A stretch of DNA of 51,705 bases from an uncultured Candidatus Saccharibacteria bacterium (lineage in GTDB: Bacteria > Patescibacteriota > Minisyncoccia > Phycocordibacterales > UBA918), in the NCBI GenBank assembly GCA_964521645.1, contig CAZFSB010000003.1, forward strand, positions 1-51,705, written 5' to 3'. The translations under genes and the position numbers were made by a program. The notes under the pieces were generated by a model. That model made no database searches, was not told where the DNA came from, and was given only the letters and a program-made list of their open reading frames with translations. Positions 46,401 to 51,705 of the stretch are shown in pieces; the first letter of the stretch is position 1, and the number at the start of each line of letters is the position of its first letter.

Positions 46401-48739
46401 GTCCAGTTGGTGATCTCTGCTAAATCTTCACCATGTTCGATAACATACGCTCGGTGTGCTGCTAATTTTTCTTGGAAGTCACAAATGAGACGCTGAGCTT
46501 CGGTCTCGGTGATCACATTCTGCTCTGCCGCTTTCGCAAAGGCTTCCATTGCGAGGTGATACCGGTCGACTCGGTTACGTACCATCATGTCAAATGGCGT
46601 CGTGGTTGAGCCACTCTCCTCGTAGCCGTGCACCGTGAATCGTTGTGGATTGAGAGTGTAGTCGAACAGCACCTGTTTCATAGTCTGCGGATAGCCGTGG
46701 AAGTTGACCACAACTGGCTTGTCTTCGGTGAAGTAGTACTTGAAATCGTGACGAAGCACGCGGCACTGCGAATTTCCGATACCGAGTGCAGAGAGCGACG
46801 CAATGTTCACAAAGCGCATACGCATCGCTGGTACGTACTCACGGACGAGGCTGACGGCAGCGAGAGCCTCCAAGGTCGGGTAGTCTCCCGCGGCGGCAAA
46901 GACCATGTGCGGGTTCTCATCGCTCGCAAATTCCCAGATCGAAACGCCGTCTTCCATATCTCGTTCTGCCTGGGCAAGGGTACGCCAGATCGGGAGCGGT
47001 CGTTTCTCACACACCAGCACGTTGATCTCCTTGGTGGAAGTCATCATCCGTTTGAAAGCGGCGAGCGCGCTGTTGGCATCGGCCGGGAAATAAACATTGG
47101 TGAAACACCCCTGCCGCTGCAAGACACCATCGATGAAGCCCGGGTTCTGGTGCGAGAAGCCGTTGTGCTCCTGACGCCAGGCGCCCGAGGTGAGAATGTA
47201 GTTGAGCGAAGGAATGGTGCCGCGCCACTTTACATCGCGCGCGATCTTGAGGAACTTTGCGTACTGGTCGGCCATACTGGCCACGATCTGCATGAACGCT
47301 TCGTAAGAAACGAAAACGCCATGACGACCGGTGAGTACATACCCCTGCAAGAGGCCTTGCAGACTATGTTCGGAAAGCATCTCCATCACTCGTCCATCCC
47401 AAGCCATATCTTTGTCCCATTCCTTCTGAGGCCAGACGAAGGTGCGCTTCGTCGCTTCAAATACCGCGTGTAGCTTGTTGGAGTAGGTCTCGTCAGGAGA
47501 CATGATGCGGAGGTTGCGGTTGTGCTCGTTGGCCCGGATAGTGTCACGGAGGTAGGCGCCGATCTTTTCCATACCGCTCTCCGTACCGCAGATCGGACTG
47601 TTTAGGTCACAGGTAGTTTCGCGATCATAATCTTCCACTGGAGGGAGGATAAGTGGTTTGTAGACGGGCTCGCCGCCGTGCGCGTGACGGTTATCACCCA
47701 TGCGACGACCTTCTCGCGGAATCAGGCTTTGGATATCATCATCAAATTTCACGCCATCGAAAAGCTCGTGGAAGCGGTATGAGCGAAGCCAATCTTCAAG
47801 CTGCTTGCGCTGCCCTTCATCGGTCTTGGCGAGCTCAGCGATCACCTGGTGCGAGAGGCAGTTGTCTTCGATCTTGTGGTCACCAATGTAGTCGATACTG
47901 CCCCACCCCTTTGGCGTACGGAGAATGATCATTGGGAAGCGTGGATTTTCATGTAGGGTGCCCTCACGCGCGCAGTGCTGGGTGAAACGGATCGCCTCAA
48001 TCGCGTCGTCGAGCACCTTCATCATGCGACCATGCACGTCTTCTTCTTTATACGCGTCGACAAAGTGTGGTTCGTAGCCGTACCCGTAAAATAGTGAGCG
48101 AAGTTCTTCGTCACTCATACGACCCATGAAGGTCGGACCAGAGATCTTGTAGCCGTTGAGGTGGAGGATCGGCAGTACTGCGCCGTTCTTGCTCGGGTCG
48201 ATCAGCTTATTGAGGTGCCACGCGGTGGCGGTTGGTCCGGTCTCAGCTTCGCCGTCACCAACAAGACAGGCAACAACTAGGTCTGGGTTGTCGAGTATCG
48301 CACCGTAGGAAGTAGACAGTGAGTAGCCGAGCTCCCCACCTTCGAGAATGACTCCGGGTGCTTCCGGATTACTATGGCTCGGGTAGCCGTACGGCCAGCT
48401 GAACATGCGTGCCATATGGGAAATACCGGTAGAGTCGCGCGTGATCTCTTTGAAATATTTCGAGAGCGTTCCCTCTAGAAAGAGGTTGGCCTGCACTGCC
48501 GGGAAGCCATGACCTGGCCCGAGCACGAACATCATGTCGACATCATGGGCAATGATGGCTCGGTTGAGGTGGGCGTAGGTAAAATTGATACCGGGGCATG
48601 TCCCCCAGTGCCCCAGCAGTCGCGGCTTAATATGCTCTGACTGAAGAGGCTCGGTTAATAACGCATTATCTTTTAAATAGATCTGGGCCGCGGACAAATA
48701 ATTTGCAGCGCGAACGAACTTTTCAAGAACATCACTCAT
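46382..48739 (-). CDS. xfp: Xylulose-5-P/fructose-6-P phosphoketolase
   Basis: 785-aa ThDP enzyme. The N-terminus reads ...YLKDNALLTEPLQSEHIKPRLLGHWGTCPG. TGCTAGAAT lies 7 nt upstream of the ATG. Confidence 0.95.
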   Translation of the reverse strand: MSDVLEKFVRAANYLSAAQIYLKDNALLTEPLQSEHIKPRLLGHWGTCPGINFTYAHLNRAIIAHDVDMMFVLGPGHGFPAVQANLFLEGTLSKYFKEITRDSTGISHMARMFSWPYGYPSHSNPEAPGVILEGGELGYSLSTSYGAILDNPDLVVACLVGDGEAETGPTATAWHLNKLIDPSKNGAVLPILHLNGYKISGPTFMGRMSDEELRSLFYGYGYEPHFVDAYKEEDVHGRMMKVLDDAIEAIRFTQHCAREGTLHENPRFPMIILRTPKGWGSIDYIGDHKIEDNCLSHQVIAELAKTDEGQRKQLEDWLRSYRFHELFDGVKFDDDIQSLIPREGRRMGDNRHAHGGEPVYKPLILPPVEDYDRETTCDLNSPICGTESGMEKIGAYLRDTIRANEHNRNLRIMSPDETYSNKLHAVFEATKRTFVWPQKEWDKDMAWDGRVMEMLSEHSLQGLLQGYVLTGRHGVFVSYEAFMQIVASMADQYAKFLKIARDVKWRGTIPSLNYILTSGAWRQEHNGFSHQNPGFIDGVLQRQGCFTNVYFPADANSALAAFKRMMTSTKEINVLVCEKRPLPIWRTLAQAERDMEDGVSIWEFASDENPHMVFAAAGDYPTLEALAAVSLVREYVPAMRMRFVNIASLSALGIGNSQCRVLRHDFKYYFTEDKPVVVNFHGYPQTMKQVLFDYTLNPQRFTVHGYEESGSTTTPFDMMVRNRVDRYHLAMEAFAKAAEQNVITETEAQRLICDFQEKLAAHRAYVIEHGEDLAEITNWTWQQRS

Positions 48740-48798
48740 TGCCAGTATTCTAGCAGGTTTTATTGTTTACGTTTTCCCCTACTGTGTAAAGATTTGTT

Positions 48799-48807
48799 TG
48801 GTATACT
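48799..48807 (+). promoter_or_regulatory. Extended -10 TGGTATACT, 7 nt upstream of the SET-domain gene ATG
   Basis: TTTGGTATACTAGCGCTC-ATG. Confidence 0.5.
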
Positions 48808-48814
48808 AGCGCTC

Positions 48815-49213
48815 ATGTCAGAATCTAAAAAATATGTCGTGAAACGAAGCAGCGCGGGGCTCGGATTGTTTGCCGCCGCGCCGTTCCGCAAAGGTGATCT
48901 GGTGATCGAATACACCGGCGAAGTGATCAGCGACGATGAAGCGCAACGGCGCGGCGGCAAATACCTTTTCGAGCTCAACGACAACTGGACCATCGACGGC
49001 AAGGGTCGTCACAACGTCGCGCGGTACATCAACCACAGCTGCAAACCAAATTGCGAACCGGAACTCAATGACGACGAGACACGCGTTTTCATTCACGCAA
49101 AACGAAAGATCGCTCCTGGTGAGGAGCTGACCTATAACTACGGGACCGATTATTTCAAGCGTGTCATTAGGCCACTCGGCTGCCGCTGCACTAAGTGTAA
49201 GACTACTCCGTAG
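48815..49213 (+). CDS. SET-domain protein (putative lysine methyltransferase)
   Basis: Contains RYINHSCKPNC and ELTYNYG, and a post-SET Cys cluster CRCTKC. I chose the start MSESKKY. Confidence 0.8.
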   Translation: MSESKKYVVKRSSAGLGLFAAAPFRKGDLVIEYTGEVISDDEAQRRGGKYLFELNDNWTIDGKGRHNVARYINHSCKPNCEPELNDDETRVFIHAKRKIAPGEELTYNYGTDYFKRVIRPLGCRCTKCKTTP

Positions 49214-49826
49214 TCTCTTCTTGAGGCGCAGCCTCCGGCTGCGCCTCTTCTTCTGCTCCTTCTTCCACTTCCGCACCAGGCTCCACCGCCCCGGTACTCG
49301 ACGCAGTCTCGTCGGTGGAACTAGCGGTTGTACTTGCCACGTCGGTCGGCACTGGCTCCGGTGCCCGTCCACCCGTCCCTCTTCCGATCAAACCACCGTC
49401 GGCTTTCCGGTCGGTCGTATCCTGCACTGGTACCTCAATGAGACTAGTCACCATGTCTCGTTCGTCTGCCTGATTGTTTCGAATACGTTCATTGCGTGCT
49501 TCGATGGTCTCGACCACATCAATTTGTCCCTCATCCATAAAACCAATTCCAGCCGAAGCAGAAACACCGATCAGCATAATGATGGCAAGGGTCGCCAGCT
49601 GTTTTTTCTTTTGTGAGACCCGCGCAGAGTCATCAGCGATAGTGGTCGGGGCTTTTCGACGGCTAGCGGCAGCGGCTTCTTCTTGGGCAGCAGCCTCTCT
49701 AGCCGCCTCTCTTCGGGCCGCCAGGGTACGTCCACTCGTCGTACGACGAGGCACACGCTCAACAGTTTCGCGCTTGCGTACGGTGCGCTTCCTTGGAGCC
49801 TCCTGCTCTTCCGATGAACTGTCCAT
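49203..49826 (-). CDS. Hypothetical low-complexity protein with one TM helix
   Basis: Basic N-terminus, TM segment LATLAIIMLIGVSASAGIGF, and an acidic S/T/E-rich tail. Confidence 0.5.
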   Translation of the reverse strand: MDSSSEEQEAPRKRTVRKRETVERVPRRTTSGRTLAARREAAREAAAQEEAAAASRRKAPTTIADDSARVSQKKKQLATLAIIMLIGVSASAGIGFMDEGQIDVVETIEARNERIRNNQADERDMVTSLIEVPVQDTTDRKADGGLIGRGTGGRAPEPVPTDVASTTASSTDETASSTGAVEPGAEVEEGAEEEAQPEAAPQEETTE

Positions 49827-49866
49827 GTTCCCGAAATTGTACCATCTGCTACAATGAACTCATAGT

Positions 49867-50673
49867 ATGGAACTACTTCTTGTCAACAGTGCCATCGTCG
49901 CTTTGCTTGTTCTCATCTACGTGACCCTGATCTTTATCGTCGCTTTTATGCGCGAAGACAATAGCGTTATGGATATTGCCTATGGACCGGCGTTCCTCTT
50001 CGGCATCGGCGGCGCAACCCTGGTCACGGAAAGTTTCACCCTGCTCCCTCTCATCATCACAGGATGCATTGCGCTGTGGAGCGTGCGGCTCAGCGTAAGG
50101 ATCTTTCGCAAGAATCACGGAAAGCCCGAGGACTTCCGCTACGCCAAGTGGCGGGCTGCCTGGACCGAACGCGGCCGCTGGTACTTTTTGCTACGTAGCT
50201 ATTTGCAGATAAACATTCTGCAGGGCATCATCATTTGTTTGGTGGCGCTACCGGGTATTATCGCTCTCTCTTCACCTGATTCATTTCTTTCAGTCTCAGT
50301 TTGGCTTGGCGCCGCAGTCTTCGCGTTTGGCTTAAGCTACGAGACCATCGCCGACTGGCAGCTCGATAGATTCATCGCCCACAAGCGGGCCGGAACCGAA
50401 ACAGCCAACCTCATGACCCAAGGACTTTTCGCGTACAGCCGCCGGCCGAACTACTTTGGCGAGACGCTTATCTGGTGGGGATTGGCCATCATAGTGCTGC
50501 CACTACCCTACGGCTGGCTCGCGCTCATCAGTCCACTTCTCATAACCTTCATTGTCACCAAGGTGACCGGCCCAATGCTCGAACAGGCCTTTTTGGAAAA
50601 GTATCCGGAAGAATACGGAGCGTACATGAAGGAAGTGAACTATCTCATACCAGGACCAGGACGAGTCCGGTAG
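49867..50673 (+). CDS. DUF1295 / steroid-5-alpha-reductase-like membrane protein
   Basis: Contains YSRRPNYFGETLIWWG. TGCTACAAT lies 11 nt upstream of the ATG. Confidence 0.75.
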   Translation: MELLLVNSAIVALLVLIYVTLIFIVAFMREDNSVMDIAYGPAFLFGIGGATLVTESFTLLPLIITGCIALWSVRLSVRIFRKNHGKPEDFRYAKWRAAWTERGRWYFLLRSYLQINILQGIIICLVALPGIIALSSPDSFLSVSVWLGAAVFAFGLSYETIADWQLDRFIAHKRAGTETANLMTQGLFAYSRRPNYFGETLIWWGLAIIVLPLPYGWLALISPLLITFIVTKVTGPMLEQAFLEKYPEEYGAYMKEVNYLIPGPGRVR

Positions 50674-50725
50674 TTAAAGGGGGCGCCCTCTTCGCGGGCG
50701 CCCCACCCCAAACCTACCACCCCCT

Positions 50726-51346
50726 ATGTCAAACCTTCACCCCACGTACATTTTCATCTCCATCACCCTTCTCTTTCTCGGTGCGTGGTTCTTTTGGCCA
50801 AGTCCGGCCCCGCTCTTGCCGACGGCCGGTTCGACAGTGGTGATCTTTGGGGACAGTCTCGCGGCCGGAACCGGCGCTACCCCCGGTGGCGACATCGCAA
50901 GCCAACTGAGCGAGAGGCTTGGGACGCCAGTCATCAACCTCGGCGTCCCTGGCGACACCACCGCCGACGGCCTCGCGCGCGTCGATACTCTTTTAGCCAC
51001 CGACCCACGCGTCGTCATCATTCTTCTCGGTGGCAATGACGCCATCAAGAAACTACCTGTAGAGCAAACCTTTGCCGATCTCGCTTCCCTCATTGAGCGT
51101 ATCCAAGCTACCGGGGCCGCGGTCGTCCTCGTCGGTGAACCAGGCGCTCTCTACGGCAGTCGCTATGATGAAGAATACGAACGTCTTGCCGAAACTTACC
51201 GCACCTCCTATGTTTCCAATATCCTCTCCGGTCTCATCGGCCGCGCCGAATACATGAGCGATTACATCCACCCCAACGACGCCGGATACGAAAAGGCGGC
51301 CGAACGAATATTACCGGTAGTGAATGAAGCACTCGGCAACGAGTAA
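50726..51346 (+). CDS. SGNH/GDSL-family hydrolase (arylesterase-like)
   Basis: Block I FGDSLAAG, block III GGNDA, and block V HPNDAGY. Confidence 0.8.
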   Translation: MSNLHPTYIFISITLLFLGAWFFWPSPAPLLPTAGSTVVIFGDSLAAGTGATPGGDIASQLSERLGTPVINLGVPGDTTADGLARVDTLLATDPRVVIILLGGNDAIKKLPVEQTFADLASLIERIQATGAAVVLVGEPGALYGSRYDEEYERLAETYRTSYVSNILSGLIGRAEYMSDYIHPNDAGYEKAAERILPVVNEALGNE

Positions 51347-51398
51347 GAAATATCTCCGGGCTGAAACGGTGCAACTGTACGAACCGGTGTGTTGAATT

Positions 51399-51436
51399 AA
51401 AAAAGCGGGGCGCACGTTCCGTGCGCCCCGCTTTTT
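51399..51436. terminator. Bidirectional terminator
   Basis: GCGGGGCGCAC-GTTCC-GTGCGCCCCGC, flanked by A and T runs. Confidence 0.75.
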
Positions 51437-51442
51437 CCTCCC

Positions 51443-51541
51443 CTACCCTCGATAATTCTTCAGCGCCGCAATGCGCGCTTCGATCGGTGGATGACTCGAG
51501 AAGATAGCCATAAAGCGTGACGGCTTATCGGTGATCTTCAT
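51443..51541 (-). pseudogene. C-terminal ~32 codons of an HtpX/M48-like peptidase; the rest of the gene is missing
   Basis: Reads ...[30 protein letters not shown]. Upstream of about 51541 the frame loses all family resemblance. Confidence 0.45.
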
Positions 51542-51550
51542 ACTCGCAAA

Positions 51551-51705
51551 GGCTTTGCCTCGCGGGTCGACGAGCGCACGGACGTATGGGCGCTCGGCGT
51601 TGTCCTCTACGAGATGGTCGCCGGGCGGCCGCCCTTCGACGGACAAGGCACCGCGGTGCTCGTGGCGGTCGCGACGAAGCCCATCCCTCCGCCGTCGACC
51701 TTCTT
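51551..51705 (+). CDS. Internal fragment of a Hanks-type Ser/Thr protein kinase (subdomains IX-X); both ends missing
   Basis: Reads [51 protein letters not shown]. It is much more GC-rich than the rest of the window. Confidence 0.55.

Overview
This 51.7-kb window has about 52% GC and looks like a small-genome, probably monoderm bacterium. A Patescibacteria/CPR-like (perhaps Saccharibacteria-like) origin is my inference only. The genes are mostly housekeeping: ftsEX, prfB, gatCA, ligA, recG, ftsH, smpB plus tmRNA, glgC, and xfp-ackA. One large minus-strand type IV pilus/competence locus spans 11.1-23.9 kb. It reads pilMNO-pilB-CheY-like RR-pilT-pilC, then two pilins, then pilD and four minor pilins. 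It has no secretin, and comF lies divergent to it. Other content: a Zur-type zinc regulon (ZIP, Fur-family regulator, ZupT), a GGDEF protein, a MacAB-like ABC exporter, a two-component pair, a SET-domain protein, and several secreted or membrane hypotheticals. RNA genes are tRNA-Thr x2, Asp, Met, Ser, Ile(UAU), tmRNA, and an initiator tRNA-fMet interrupted by a group I intron. The non-obvious signals fall into five groups. (1) The intron-split initiator tRNA. (2) A recurring architecture in which tRNA/tmRNA genes are flanked by structured elements whose arms are direct and inverted copies of the RNA's own ends. This includes a low-GC islet in ssrA and a scrambled tRNA-Ile locus. (3) A pervasive extended -10 box sitting 6-11 nt from ATG with no SD, implying leaderless mRNAs. 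(4) Two covarying inverted copies of an ~80-nt element between the pilin genes and pilD, and a structured RNA between ligA and gatC. (5) An abrupt gene and composition break at the right edge of the window. No CRISPR array, transposase, integrase or recognisable defence system was seen. All calls come from reading the sequence and the ORF track; no searches were run.
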